From contig WVWW01000001.1 of NCBI GenBank assembly GCA_011773795.1, forward strand, positions 15,646 to 55,174: a stretch of DNA of 39,529 nucleotides, written 5' to 3'. Below, in pieces: positions 7,957-17,137 of this stretch. This DNA comes from Acidobacteriota bacterium. Its GTDB lineage: Bacteria > Acidobacteriota > Polarisedimenticolia > Polarisedimenticolales > Polarisedimenticolaceae. Both the position numbers and the translations under genes were made by a program. Each line of letters starts with the position of its first letter. Position 1 is the stretch's first letter. The notes under the pieces were generated by a model. That model was given only the letters and a program-made list of their open reading frames with translations. It was not told where the DNA came from and made no database searches.

Positions 7957-10055
7957 GCCGAGGCCTCCCGCGCGGGCGCACCAAGCGCCGTCGATTCGCC
8001 CGCGTCAGGCAACGACCCCGCGTTCCTCGAGAACCCGATCACGAGCAGGCTCGAAACCGCCATGGCGGTCGCCGCAAAAACGGGGTGCAGACGGCCGCTA
8101 AGCGCGAGGGCCACGCCGACCGCGTTGTAGCCGGCGGCCCAGGCGATCGAGATGGCGAGCCGGCGGCGTGCGTCGCGTGCGATGGCGATCGCATCGGGGA
8201 TCAGCGCCAAGCTGTCCCGCAGCAGCAGCACCCCGCCGGCCTGCTTCGAGAGGTCGCTAGCCGAGGCGACCGCAAAGCCCGCGTCGGCCTGCGCCAGCGC
8301 GGCGGCATCGTTGATCCCGTCGCCGACCATGGCGACCGTTCCGCGATGCGGCTCGGCGACGGCCCGGCGGATCCGATCGACCTTGTCCTGCGGGAGAAGG
8401 TTGCCGTCGATCGAGATACCCAGCTTTTCTCCGAGGCACCGCGAGCGATCCTCGGTGTCGCCGCTCAGCCCGGAGACCCGGACGCCGAGCTCGGCGAGGC
8501 GTTCCAGCGCTGCGTTCGCTTCCGGTCGCGGCGGGTCCCAGACGATCGCGGAGGCCAAGATGTCTCCGTCTGCCAACAGATAAACCCGCGGCCCGCCTCG
8601 GTCGAATGGAGGATCGAGCCCGATCGATTCGAGTAGCCGGGCGCCGCCGAGCAGGAAACGGCGGCCGTCGACCACGGCCTCCACGCCGCGTCCGGGCAAC
8701 ACGCGATAGGCATCCACCGGGCGGGGCCGAACACCACGCTCGGCCGCGTACTGGACCATCCCGCCCGCGATGGGATGATCGCCGTGGGCTCCGATCGAGG
8801 CGAGCAACTCGATGGTCTCGTCCGGGTGCGCGGTATCGGCAACGAAAACGGCCTCAATTGTGCTCGTCGCACCGGTCAACGTTCCGGTCTTGTCGATGTA
8901 CATCCGCTTCAACCGCGAGACCTGTTCGACCATGGTCGGGGAGGCGAAGACGATGCCGCGTCGCGCCGCGCGGCGGATCGCGGCGGCCATGATCAGCCCG
9001 GGCCCGATGGCCAGCGCGCAGGGGCAGGCGATCAGCAGCACGCTGAGTCCGCGCATCAGACCGTCGTCCGCCGCACCGCGTCGGGCAAAGGCGATCGTGA
9101 CGGCCAGGGCGATCACGACGACCGCCGGAGCAAGGACTCGGGCGACGGTATCGGCGGTCCGTACCGCGGGGAAGCGGTGCTCGAGGGCTTCGCGAAGCAA
9201 GCGGTCAACGTGTGCCAGTAGTCGCTCCGACGCCACGTGCTCGGCACGTACGCGCAGCATCCCGTCGATCGCGATCGAGCCGGCAAACACCCGATCCCCG
9301 ATCGACAAGGATGCGGCGTGCGGCTCGCCGGTGATCCCGCTCGCATCAACGAAGCTGCAGCCCCCCTCGATCACCCCATCGACCGGAACGACCTGGCCCG
9401 GCCGAACGCAGACGACGTCCCCGATCCGCAGTGCCGCGGTCTCGATCTCGAACTGCCTACCGTCACGGACCACGTCGATGCGGTCGGGAAGCTCGGTGAG
9501 CGCCGCGGTCAGTTCGACGGAAGCGCGCCGCTTGGCCCGCGCCTCGAGGTTCTTGCCGATCGTCACGACCACGAGCACCATCGTGACGGTGTCGTAGTAG
9601 ATCGGGTCGATTCCGGCCAGCGTGTGCCAGGCGCTGAGCACGAACGCGGCGAACACGCCCGCGCAGACGAGTGTCCGCGCGTTGATCCAGCCTAAGCGTC
9701 CGGCGCCGTCGTGCAATGCGTCGAGAAACATCGGCAACCCGAGTGTCGCGACCACCACGCTCGTCAGGAACAGCAGCAGGTACTCGAAGAGCTCGGCAAC
9801 CGAGCCCCAGATCCCGGTCGGTACGGCCGCCTGCCCGAAGACACCGGGGCCGTAGTAAGCGAAGCTCAGCGCCATCACGTTCAGCGCCGTGAACAACCCG
9901 ACGAAGAGCTGCACGCGGAGCCGTGGGAGCGGGCCGCTTTCGCCGTCCGCGGCCGCCGGCCGCACGACACCGTGGACGACGCGGCAGCCGAAGCAACAAA
10001 ACTCATCGTTGCGCCGCGGCGGCACGGGGAGACCGCAATGCAGGCAGGTCCTCAT
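7953..10055 (-). CDS. ccoI: Copper-translocating P1B-type ATPase of the CcoI/FixI type
   Basis: N-terminal Cys-rich metal-binding region (CLHCGLP..FCCFGCRVVH). CPC transport motif (IACPCALAIG), DKTGTLT phosphorylation site and GDGINDAAAL hinge. Located inside the cbb3 cluster. Confidence 0.9.
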   Translation of the reverse strand: MRTCLHCGLPVPPRRNDEFCCFGCRVVHGVVRPAAADGESGPLPRLRVQLFVGLFTALNVMALSFAYYGPGVFGQAAVPTGIWGSVAELFEYLLLFLTSVVVATLGLPMFLDALHDGAGRLGWINARTLVCAGVFAAFVLSAWHTLAGIDPIYYDTVTMVLVVVTIGKNLEARAKRRASVELTAALTELPDRIDVVRDGRQFEIETAALRIGDVVCVRPGQVVPVDGVIEGGCSFVDASGITGEPHAASLSIGDRVFAGSIAIDGMLRVRAEHVASERLLAHVDRLLREALEHRFPAVRTADTVARVLAPAVVVIALAVTIAFARRGAADDGLMRGLSVLLIACPCALAIGPGLIMAAAIRRAARRGIVFASPTMVEQVSRLKRMYIDKTGTLTGATSTIEAVFVADTAHPDETIELLASIGAHGDHPIAGGMVQYAAERGVRPRPVDAYRVLPGRGVEAVVDGRRFLLGGARLLESIGLDPPFDRGGPRVYLLADGDILASAIVWDPPRPEANAALERLAELGVRVSGLSGDTEDRSRCLGEKLGISIDGNLLPQDKVDRIRRAVAEPHRGTVAMVGDGINDAAALAQADAGFAVASASDLSKQAGGVLLLRDSLALIPDAIAIARDARRRLAISIAWAAGYNAVGVALALSGRLHPVFAATAMAVSSLLVIGFSRNAGSLPDAGESTALGAPAREASA

Positions 10056-10058
10056 GCC

Positions 10059-10187
10059 CTAAAAAAGCAGATGCTTGATCAGGTAGATCACACCGCCCGT
10101 GAAGAACGCGATCCAGATCAACGTCACGTACCAGGGAAAGGAATAACCCTGGTAGCTCAGGTACTTGTGCAGTTTGAACGGTTTCAT
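10059..10187 (-). CDS. Possible 42-aa single-TM peptide (CcoQ-like position)
   Basis: MKPFKLHKYLSYQGYSFPWYVTLIWIAFFTGGVIYLIKHLLF. The ATG overlaps the upstream stop (ATGA), and the ORF ends 3 nt before the ccoI ATG. Support comes only from position and hydrophobicity. Confidence 0.35.
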   Translation of the reverse strand: MKPFKLHKYLSYQGYSFPWYVTLIWIAFFTGGVIYLIKHLLF

Positions 10188-10531
10188 CGTTGCTGCTCCC
10201 GTTCCCACTCCAGGTCCCACTTTCGGTTCTGCTCCAGCATGCGGTACTTCGGCGCTTCGACGTTGCGGAACTGTCCCCGCGAATGGGCCCAGATGAACAG
10301 TGCAGCGAACCCCGCAGCGATGCACAGGTAATTCAGTACCGGGATCAGGAACGAGCCCAGCGCCGCGGCGCCCTCACGCGTCGCGGTGACGTAAAAGTCG
10401 ATCAGTTTCATGATGAACGCCGTTCCCGCAGTCAAGACCATCAGGATGCTGAAGACCCACAGGAACAGACGTGGCGCACGTGAGCGATCACGATCGACCG
10501 GTTGCGGCTTGACGGATTCGAGTCTCATCAT
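10184..10531 (-). CDS. ccoS: CcoS/FixS-domain cbb3 maturation protein with an extra N-terminal TM segment
   Basis: Start ATG at 10531, just after the ccoO stop. The C-terminal half, FLIPVLNYLCIAAGFAALFIWAHSRGQFRNVEAPKYRML, matches the CcoS signature (..F.WA.rSGQFdD.e....RiL). It is preceded by an additional TM helix (LFLWVFSILMVLTAGTAFIM). Confidence 0.65.
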   Translation of the reverse strand: MMRLESVKPQPVDRDRSRAPRLFLWVFSILMVLTAGTAFIMKLIDFYVTATREGAAALGSFLIPVLNYLCIAAGFAALFIWAHSRGQFRNVEAPKYRMLEQNRKWDLEWEREQQR

Positions 10532-10535
10532 CGCG

Positions 10536-11260
10536 CTACTCCTCGCCCCAGAAATCGTCTTCACCGCCGTCGTCGGTCTGTTCGACCTCCGCGCCGGGCA
10601 CCGCCGGCAGGACCGGCGCACGGTAATCGGCGGCAAGCGCCTCGAGGTCGTACAGCGTCTCGTCGCCGCGCGGAAGCCAGCTGCCCAACCACTGCACGTA
10701 AGTGATGATCGAGAGCCCTTTCTTGTTGGGCGTGAGGCCGTCGGCCTCGTAGAACCACGGATAGGCCGGCATCACGCTTCCGGGGTTGACGTCCGGCGGG
10801 TTGTAGAAGTGCGCCACGTGCCAGTCGTTGGACTGCCGGCCGCCGCGGCGGATCAGGTCCGGGCCGATGCGCCGCGTGCCCCACAGCGGCGGCATGTTCA
10901 GCTCGTTGTGGTACTCCTCGGGGAAGCTCTTGCGGCCGTAGCGCGCCTCGTCGTTGCCCCACGGCCGGACCTGCTGCGAGTGGCAGTGCCAGCAGGCCTC
11001 GCCGATGTAGGTCCGGTGTCCCGTCCGCAGCGCCTCGGCGAACGCCTCGGTCTGCGACATCCCCGGGAACGCCTTCGCGTAGGCGTCGGGGTACTGTTCA
11101 CTCAGCAACGCGAACTCGAACGGCGGCTTCTGAGCCAGCTGTTCGACGGTGCGCACGTCGAGGTCCTTGACGGCGAGCATCGGGATCGCCCCGCTGATCA
11201 GGAAGGCCAGCGCGAAGAAGAACAGGCCCGCCACGAGGAAGACAAAGCTAAATCGTTCCA
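10536..11260 (-). CDS. ccoO: cbb3-type cytochrome c oxidase subunit II (monohaem CcoO/FixO)
   Basis: CWHCH haem motif and the family segments ..RYGRKSFPEEY.., PPLWGTRRIGPDL, WHVAHFYNPPDVNPGSVMPAYPWF. I place the start at TTG 11260, with GGAGG 6 nt upstream. The ATG at 11333 in the track would overlap ccoN by 86 nt. Confidence 0.85.
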
Positions 11261-12663
11261 ACGCTGGCCTCCTCTCCCTGCTCCTCGTAAGGCGCGTATT
11301 CGAAATCCGCGTGTGCCGCACGCGAGGCGACAACCGTCATCACCATGTTGGTCGCGAGGCAACCCACGCCGGCGATGATCGCGAACCCCATCGTGGTGCG
11401 GACGAACCAGAACGGCCGCATGGCCTCCAGGATCGTCTCGCGCGGCACGAGGTTGAGCGACATGAAGCCCTCGAGCAGTCCGCCGGCGGTGAGCGTCAGG
11501 AACATGCCCGACAGGCCGATTGCCGTGGTCCAGAACGAAATGCTGCGCAGCTTCAGGCTCCACCACTCGCGCCCGGTCAGCTTGGGCCACAGGTGCTCGA
11601 TCATGCCGAAGATCCAGAAGCTGAAGACGCCGAACATCACCAGGTGCGCGTGGCCCACGACCCAGTCGGTGAAGTGGATCACCTGCTGGAAGGTCAGCGT
11701 GACCTGGAACGCGCACTGCAGGCAGGTGATGAAGTAGTTCAGCGCCCCGACCCAGAACCAGCGGATCGGGATGCTGCGCTTCAGCGAGCCCTCGCTGCCC
11801 TTCCAGGTCATGAAGAAGTTGATGATCACCGTGGTGACGACGATCTCGATGGCGATCGTGCTGATCACCGCGCTGTACTGCGCGAACATCGGGATCGGCG
11901 AGCCGAGGAAGTGGTGCACGCCCTGCAGCGGGTAGAAGAAGGCCAGGCCCCAGAAGCCGACCAGCGACAGCGCGTGCGACCAGATCGGCTTCCGCAGGAT
12001 GATCGGCACGAAGAAGTACATCATGCCCCAGCCCATCGGCGTGACCCACAGCCCGACCAGGTCGTGGATGTACAGACCGAGCAGCGGCCCCGCGGCGTTG
12101 CCCGCAACGAGATACTGCGGGATGAAGTTGCCCATGATGTACGTCAGGCCGAGCCAGACGAACCCCGCCGAGAAGTACCACAGCGAGACGTACAGCGAGC
12201 GTTCCTTGGTCTTGACGATCGGCGTGTAGAACTGGATCCAGACCAGGATCGCGCCGACCACGACCAGCGGGTCGACCCACACCGGCGTCTCGCCCCACTC
12301 GACGGCCTGCGCCTGCCCGAGGTGCAGCCCGACGTAGGTCGCGAGCACGATCGCGTTCCAGGCGACGAGGATCGTCCACCCGAGCCGGCGCGAAGCGACG
12401 CGCACTCCGGTGAGCCGCGGGACCGTCCAGTACAGCATGGCGAAGAACGCGTTGGTCAGGAACCCGAAGGCGATCAGGTTGGTGTGGATCATGCGGATGC
12501 GACCGGGCGAGAGGACCTCGATCTTCGGCAGCGGCCAGTGTTGCAGCAGCTGGAGCGAGTAGAGCAGCCCCGCGAACAACGAGATGCACAACCACAGCAT
12601 CGCGGTGGAGAGGTGCCAGCGCACCATCGCCCCGTGCACCAGCGGTGAATCGTTTCGTGTCAT
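11248..12663 (-). CDS. ccoN: cbb3-type cytochrome c oxidase subunit I (CcoN/FixN)
   Basis: 12-TM haem-copper oxidase with ..MIHTNLIAFGFLTNAFFAMLYWTVPRL.. and ..WVVGHAHLVMFGVFSFWIFGM... The ATG overlaps the upstream stop (ATGA). Confidence 0.92.
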   Translation of the reverse strand: MTRNDSPLVHGAMVRWHLSTAMLWLCISLFAGLLYSLQLLQHWPLPKIEVLSPGRIRMIHTNLIAFGFLTNAFFAMLYWTVPRLTGVRVASRRLGWTILVAWNAIVLATYVGLHLGQAQAVEWGETPVWVDPLVVVGAILVWIQFYTPIVKTKERSLYVSLWYFSAGFVWLGLTYIMGNFIPQYLVAGNAAGPLLGLYIHDLVGLWVTPMGWGMMYFFVPIILRKPIWSHALSLVGFWGLAFFYPLQGVHHFLGSPIPMFAQYSAVISTIAIEIVVTTVIINFFMTWKGSEGSLKRSIPIRWFWVGALNYFITCLQCAFQVTLTFQQVIHFTDWVVGHAHLVMFGVFSFWIFGMIEHLWPKLTGREWWSLKLRSISFWTTAIGLSGMFLTLTAGGLLEGFMSLNLVPRETILEAMRPFWFVRTTMGFAIIAGVGCLATNMVMTVVASRAAHADFEYAPYEEQGEEASVGTI

Positions 12664-13715
12664 GGAGTCGCTCCCCCTGCCGGCCGGCCCAGCACGGCCT
12701 CGGCGGTCGTTTCGGCGTCTCGCAACGAGCGGATATAGCCCACGAGATCCCAGCTGTTACGCTCACCCAGCGTCCGCTGTTGCTCGAGCGGCAGCTCGAA
12801 AACCGCCGCAACGGTTTCGGGGAAGTCGGCGAGCGCGGGTCCGAGCCGTTCCAGCTCGCCCCGCTCGAGCAGCCCTTCCTGCGGCGGGAACCCCTGCTGC
12901 GCCACGGTCATCAGGGTCGTCCCGTCGAACGACGGCATGATGCTGCGCAGGCCGGTGTGGAACGTGCGATAGATGTCCTCCGGCGTGTTGCCCGTCTTGA
13001 GCGAACCGCGTGTGAAATCGAACGCCTTCTGCGAGTTGCCCCACGCGTCGACGTACTCGGTCTGGGTCGCACCGCGGCCGCTTCCGTCGGTGCCGTGGCA
13101 CTGCGTGCACTGCATCGCGACGTAGACGATGCGACCGCGGTCGATGCGCCGCTGGGAATCCACGTCGGCGGGGGCGCGCGGGCTGGCGACGACGACGCGA
13201 CGGCCGGCCTCGTCCTCCCACGCCGGGTACATCCGCTTGATGTACTCGATGACCGCGAGCTTGTCGCGGTGCGGCATCAACGGGAAGCCGGGCATGCTCA
13301 CGCCGGACAGCCCGCGCGTGATCGTCCGGTAGAGGTCCGCCTCCATCGGCAGGCTGCCCGAGTCGGTCGAGCGGAACTTGTAGACCCCGCTGGTGAAATC
13401 GCGCGGCTGGGTGATCAGCCGAACCGCCGCCGGACCGTCGCCCTGTCCGTTCTCTCCGTGGCAGCCGACGCAGTATTTTGCGTAGACCTCGCGCCCGCGT
13501 TGCAGCATGTTGAGCCGTCGGTTGTAAGCGACGAAGTCGCCCGGCTCGAGCGTCTCCCAGCGGCGCGGGTAGTCGAGCGGATCCGAGGTGTCGGTGGTCG
13601 CGAGCGCTTCGATCGGGTCGGCCTCCTCGGCCGGCTCCGCCTCGGGTGACGCGCAACCCGCGAGAATCATGCAGATGGCGGCCGGTAGCAGAGCAAAGCG
13701 GGTCCGGCGACTCAT
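12660..13715 (-). CDS. Dihaem cytochrome c lipoprotein (CcoP-like electron entry subunit candidate)
   Basis: The ATG at 13715 gives MSRRTRFALLPAAICMILAG|C, a signal peptide with lipobox. Two CcoP-style haem motifs: CVGCHGENGQGDG and CTQCHGTDGSGRG. The track ORF starting at 14219 is an upstream extension. Confidence 0.8.
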   Translation of the reverse strand: MSRRTRFALLPAAICMILAGCASPEAEPAEEADPIEALATTDTSDPLDYPRRWETLEPGDFVAYNRRLNMLQRGREVYAKYCVGCHGENGQGDGPAAVRLITQPRDFTSGVYKFRSTDSGSLPMEADLYRTITRGLSGVSMPGFPLMPHRDKLAVIEYIKRMYPAWEDEAGRRVVVASPRAPADVDSQRRIDRGRIVYVAMQCTQCHGTDGSGRGATQTEYVDAWGNSQKAFDFTRGSLKTGNTPEDIYRTFHTGLRSIMPSFDGTTLMTVAQQGFPPQEGLLERGELERLGPALADFPETVAAVFELPLEQQRTLGERNSWDLVGYIRSLRDAETTAEAVLGRPAGGATP

Positions 13716-14323
13716 CGTCGGCCCCCCGCCGGCTCGAACCGGCCCCAGTACTCGCCGACCCAGATCGTCCAGGCGAACGCCAGATGCGTCAGCGCCGCGA
13801 CCCAGAACGGGATCTCGTCGACGATCCAGCGCCCGCCGAGCAGCACCGGCTGGAGCCAGCTCAGGATCAGGTAGAAGTTGACGATCCACAGGCCCAACCC
13901 GAGCGCCGTGGCGACGAGGAACATTTTCGTCGGGCCATCCGGGCGGAAGGTCCGCAGCACCAGGTGGAACCCGATGCCCAGGATTGCGCCGGTGATCAGG
14001 TACAACCCGGCGCCGACGGACAGCGCCAGACCCTCCTCCGCCGTCAGCGCGCGCTCGCCCATCGGGAAGGTCAGGTAGACGCGGATCAGCTGCATCGACG
14101 GTTGCCCGAACAGCGGTGCGCCGACGACGTTGAAGCCGAGGCTGACCAGGGCAGCGAGTCCGCCGAGCGTGATCCCGACGACGAGATGCCAGAGCAGGTA
14201 AAAGCCCTGCGGCGGCCAACCGCCGGTGTCCTCCTCGCGCCCCTCGCTCTCGAGCCGCCGGATCGCGTCGACGTGTTCCTCGATGAGTCGTTCACGCTCC
14301 TGTGGAGTACGTTGCGAACTCAT
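13712..14323 (-). CDS. Polytopic membrane protein of unknown function in the cbb3 operon
   Basis: The ATG at 14323 follows an AAGGAG RBS. After a charged N-terminus (MSSQRTPQERERLIEEH...) come about 5 hydrophobic helices. The stop overlaps the next start (ATGA). Confidence 0.6.
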   Translation of the reverse strand: MSSQRTPQERERLIEEHVDAIRRLESEGREEDTGGWPPQGFYLLWHLVVGITLGGLAALVSLGFNVVGAPLFGQPSMQLIRVYLTFPMGERALTAEEGLALSVGAGLYLITGAILGIGFHLVLRTFRPDGPTKMFLVATALGLGLWIVNFYLILSWLQPVLLGGRWIVDEIPFWVAALTHLAFAWTIWVGEYWGRFEPAGGRR

Positions 14324-15188
14324 TTGACTCCTTTCTCTGTGCCGGCGGTCGGTGAAATCCCAGCTCCAGCGGCGCGATGCCGCCGGTTTTCTGCCGCACG
14401 ATCCACTCGCACGCACGCACGCAGTCCCCACACTCCAGGCAATGATTCCGCCCCGGCGCATCGGCGATGGAGAGTCCGCCGCGCGAAGGTATCGGCTCCG
14501 GCAACGACCGTGGGAGGAGGTCGACCGGGCAGACGTGGTCACAGAGGTTGCACTCGATGCAGGTATCTGGGCGCTGGAAGGTGATGCCGAACCAACGCGC
14601 CGGGGCAACGAACGAATAGTACAAGCCGATCGGGCAGGCCTGGCGGCAGAAACGCCAGCTCCACCAGCGGCCGTGGGCCAGCGCCAATCCCGTGCCCGAG
14701 AAGAGCGCCGCGGCTACGGCGAGTCGTTCGGCAGGAGAACCCGAGAACAGGATCCGCCAGTCGAGCCACCAGGCCAGCACGGATGCCGGCAGCAGGAGCG
14801 CGAACATCGCCGCCTGGAGTCGCCGCACCCGGAGCTGCACCCGGGTCAGTCCCGGCGTCGCCGGGTTTTCGGTCAGGCGGTGGAGTTGGCCGATCGGACA
14901 GCCCCAGCCGCAGAACATCCGTCCGGCGACGAGGTTGATCAGGAAGGTCGCCGCATAGATCAGGGAAAAAATACCTATAACGACGGCCAAAGTCAGATTG
15001 AACGGGGCACGCTCGAAGAGCACCAGATGGTTCCCGCGCCAGAGATCCAGCCGAGCCAGGCCCGACAGGGGGACCAGGAGCAGGATCCCCATCGAAACGG
15101 TCAATCCGACCAGGCGCCAGACGTTATACCGGTGGCGGGGCGCAAGCCGTCGAAACGCCTTGAGCACCTTGAGTCGCTTCGGATCCAC
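14292..15188 (-). CDS. Membrane-bound polyferredoxin of the CcoG/NapH type (short form)
   Basis: FCGWGCPIG and FCRQACPIG motifs. Two 4Fe-4S motifs: CIECNLCDHVCP and CLECGDCVRAC. At 298 aa it appears to lack the long C-terminal periplasmic domain of canonical CcoG. Confidence 0.75.
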   Translation of the reverse strand: MDPKRLKVLKAFRRLAPRHRYNVWRLVGLTVSMGILLLVPLSGLARLDLWRGNHLVLFERAPFNLTLAVVIGIFSLIYAATFLINLVAGRMFCGWGCPIGQLHRLTENPATPGLTRVQLRVRRLQAAMFALLLPASVLAWWLDWRILFSGSPAERLAVAAALFSGTGLALAHGRWWSWRFCRQACPIGLYYSFVAPARWFGITFQRPDTCIECNLCDHVCPVDLLPRSLPEPIPSRGGLSIADAPGRNHCLECGDCVRACEWIVRQKTGGIAPLELGFHRPPAQRKESNEFATYSTGA

Positions 15189-15203
15189 TGTGGCTGAACT
15201 TCC

Positions 15204-15806
15204 CTACTTCAAATCCAGCGCCATCCGCACCAGGTGCGGGAGCGAGTTGGCCTCCATCTTCTTCATGACGCGCGAACGGTGGATCTCGATGGTTCGTTCG
15301 CTGACCCCGAGGTCGTAAGCCATGACCTTGTTGGCGTGGCCTTCGACGACCAGAGCCATGACTTCTTTCTCCCGGTTGGTCAGCGTCGCGTACCTTTCCG
15401 CCAGTTTCTCACGCTCGGAGAGCGACTCCCTGGATTCCCGATCCATCCGGATCGCACGCTGAATCGTGTCGAGCAACTCCTGGTCGTCAACCGGCTTCGT
15501 GAGAAAGTCGATCGCGCCGGCCCGCATCGCGTGTACCGCGGAGTCCACCGTACCGTGACCGGTGATGAACACGATCGGCACCGTCGAACGCCGCTGATGC
15601 AACGCATCCTGCAACTCCAGGCCGCTCATCCCGGGCATGCGCAGGTCGACCACGATGCACCCCGGCAGGTCGTCTTCGAAGTTCTCCAGGAACGACTTCC
15701 CGTCGGGGAACGTCCGTGCGGTCAGCCCCACGGTCTTGAGTAGCAAGCCCAGGCTATCGCAGACGGCTTCGTCGTCATCCACGATCCAAACGACAGAATC
15801 ACTCAT
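15204..15806 (-). CDS. fixJ: Two-component response regulator, FixJ type (REC + LuxR HTH)
   Basis: Receiver domain (VWIVDDDEAVCDSL.., ..CIVVDLRMPGMSG.., ..TGHG..) and C-terminal LuxR-type HTH (LTNREKEVMALVVEGHANKVMAYDLGVSERTIEIHRSRVMKK). The ATG at 15806 overlaps the fixL stop by 8 nt. Confidence 0.88.
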   Translation of the reverse strand: MSDSVVWIVDDDEAVCDSLGLLLKTVGLTARTFPDGKSFLENFEDDLPGCIVVDLRMPGMSGLELQDALHQRRSTVPIVFITGHGTVDSAVHAMRAGAIDFLTKPVDDQELLDTIQRAIRMDRESRESLSEREKLAERYATLTNREKEVMALVVEGHANKVMAYDLGVSERTIEIHRSRVMKKMEANSLPHLVRMALDLK

Positions 15807-16944
15807 CTTCCTCACCTTCCGGTCTCATTGCGTGGAACTGCGCGTAGAAAGTAACACCGGCGGTCGGGTTGCGGACGAATCCGAGCGTACCGCCCTGGGC
15901 CTCGACGATTGAACGGGAGATGGCCAACCCCATCCCGGTTCCGTGGTGTTTGTTGCTGAAAAACGGTTCGAACAGGCGGTCTTCGATCTCCGGTGGGATG
16001 CCGGGCCCATCGTCGACCACGTGCAACGTAATGGTCGACGGGCTCTCGGAAAAGGTGCGAATCGTCACCGCCCCCGTGGTTCCTACCCCGATCGCCTCGA
16101 CGGCGTTGTTGACCAGGTTCAGGATCACCTGCTGGAGCTGAACCCTGTCGAACAAGACATCCGGCAAGTTCTTTTCCAGATCGGTGTCGAGCTTGACCAG
16201 GGTAGGGCCGAAAGAGAGATGGGCCAGCGAGAGCACCTCGTCGACGACCTCGTTGATCGATGTCGGGCTTGGCTCGGTCTCGTGTCGCGAGACGAAGTCA
16301 CGCATGCGCCTCACGATTTCGCCGGCCCGGTGCGATTGGATACGGATCTTGTCGACCGTGCTGCGAAGATCTTCCGAGTTGTCCGTGACCGTGCCGAGCA
16401 TGTGCAAGAGGGCGCGGGAATAGTTCGCGATCGCACTCAACGGCTGGTTGACCTCGTGGGCGATACCACTGGCCATTTCCCCGGCGAGGCTGATGCGGTC
16501 CATCCGCTCCAGTCTTTCGCGATGAACTCTCGCGTTTTCCTCGGCTCGACGTTGCGCACTGATGTCATGGAGGATCGCCACGAAGCCGAGACCTGCAGCC
16601 GAGCGAAACTCACCGACCGACAGGTGAATCGGGAACTTGCTCCCGTCCTTTCTCTGCGCGAGGACCTCTCGTCCGATCCCGATGATCTTGCGCTGGCCGG
16701 TCTTCAAGTAATGCTTGATGTACCCGTCGTGATTCTCGCGATCCGGCGAGGGCATCAGAAGGCTGCAGTTGTGCCCGACCAGCTCGCCCTCGGTCCAACC
16801 GAACATCAACTGACAGGCCTGGTTCGCGGATCGGATGATCCCCTCGCGATCGACCGTGACGACCCCGTGAACGACGGCGTCGAAGACGGCCGACCAGCGC
16901 GCGGCGTCTTCTTCGGGCGTGGATGTGCGTTGTATCTCAGTCAA
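15799..16944 (-). CDS. fixL: Oxygen-sensing haem-PAS histidine kinase, FixL type
   Basis: The PAS segment GHNCSLLMPSPDRENHDGYIKHYLKTGQRKIIGIGREVLAQRKDGSKFPIHLSVGEF closely parallels the haem-binding PAS of rhizobial FixL, including the proximal His in ..NHDGY... HisKA H-box GIAHEVNQPLSAIANY and HATPase N/G boxes. TTG start with GGAG upstream. Confidence 0.9.
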   Translation of the reverse strand: MTEIQRTSTPEEDAARWSAVFDAVVHGVVTVDREGIIRSANQACQLMFGWTEGELVGHNCSLLMPSPDRENHDGYIKHYLKTGQRKIIGIGREVLAQRKDGSKFPIHLSVGEFRSAAGLGFVAILHDISAQRRAEENARVHRERLERMDRISLAGEMASGIAHEVNQPLSAIANYSRALLHMLGTVTDNSEDLRSTVDKIRIQSHRAGEIVRRMRDFVSRHETEPSPTSINEVVDEVLSLAHLSFGPTLVKLDTDLEKNLPDVLFDRVQLQQVILNLVNNAVEAIGVGTTGAVTIRTFSESPSTITLHVVDDGPGIPPEIEDRLFEPFFSNKHHGTGMGLAISRSIVEAQGGTLGFVRNPTAGVTFYAQFHAMRPEGEEDE

Positions 16945-17137
16945 GGTGCTGCTCCCTGGGTCCCCGGCGGGACAGTATAGAGAATCTGCCCGGTAAATCG
17001 GAAGTGATCATACGGGTTTGCCGAAGTCCGGTGCCGGAAAGTCACAATGGCTGCGGCACGCCGCCGCCGTCTAGTCTTTGCCTCGGGTCTAGGTTCCGGA
17101 TTCGGCGGTCCCGCGCGAGTCCCCGTGGAGGTTCCAC

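Noticed and set aside
11149-12648. 499-aa plus-strand ORF antisense to ccoN (also 11198..12811 on the minus strand in another frame)
   Set aside because: ccoN on the minus strand has unmistakable haem-copper oxidase motifs. The competing frames are Arg/Pro/His-rich with no motifs.
16945-17137. Search for FNR/FixK (TTGAT-N4-ATCAA) or NsrR-type boxes in the fixL/ytfE divergent region, and also in 32007..32178 upstream of usp
   Set aside because: Only weak partial matches were found: a direct GTCTAG repeat at about 17080-17105 and TTGAA-N5-TTGAC near 32112-32126. Nothing palindromic enough to call.
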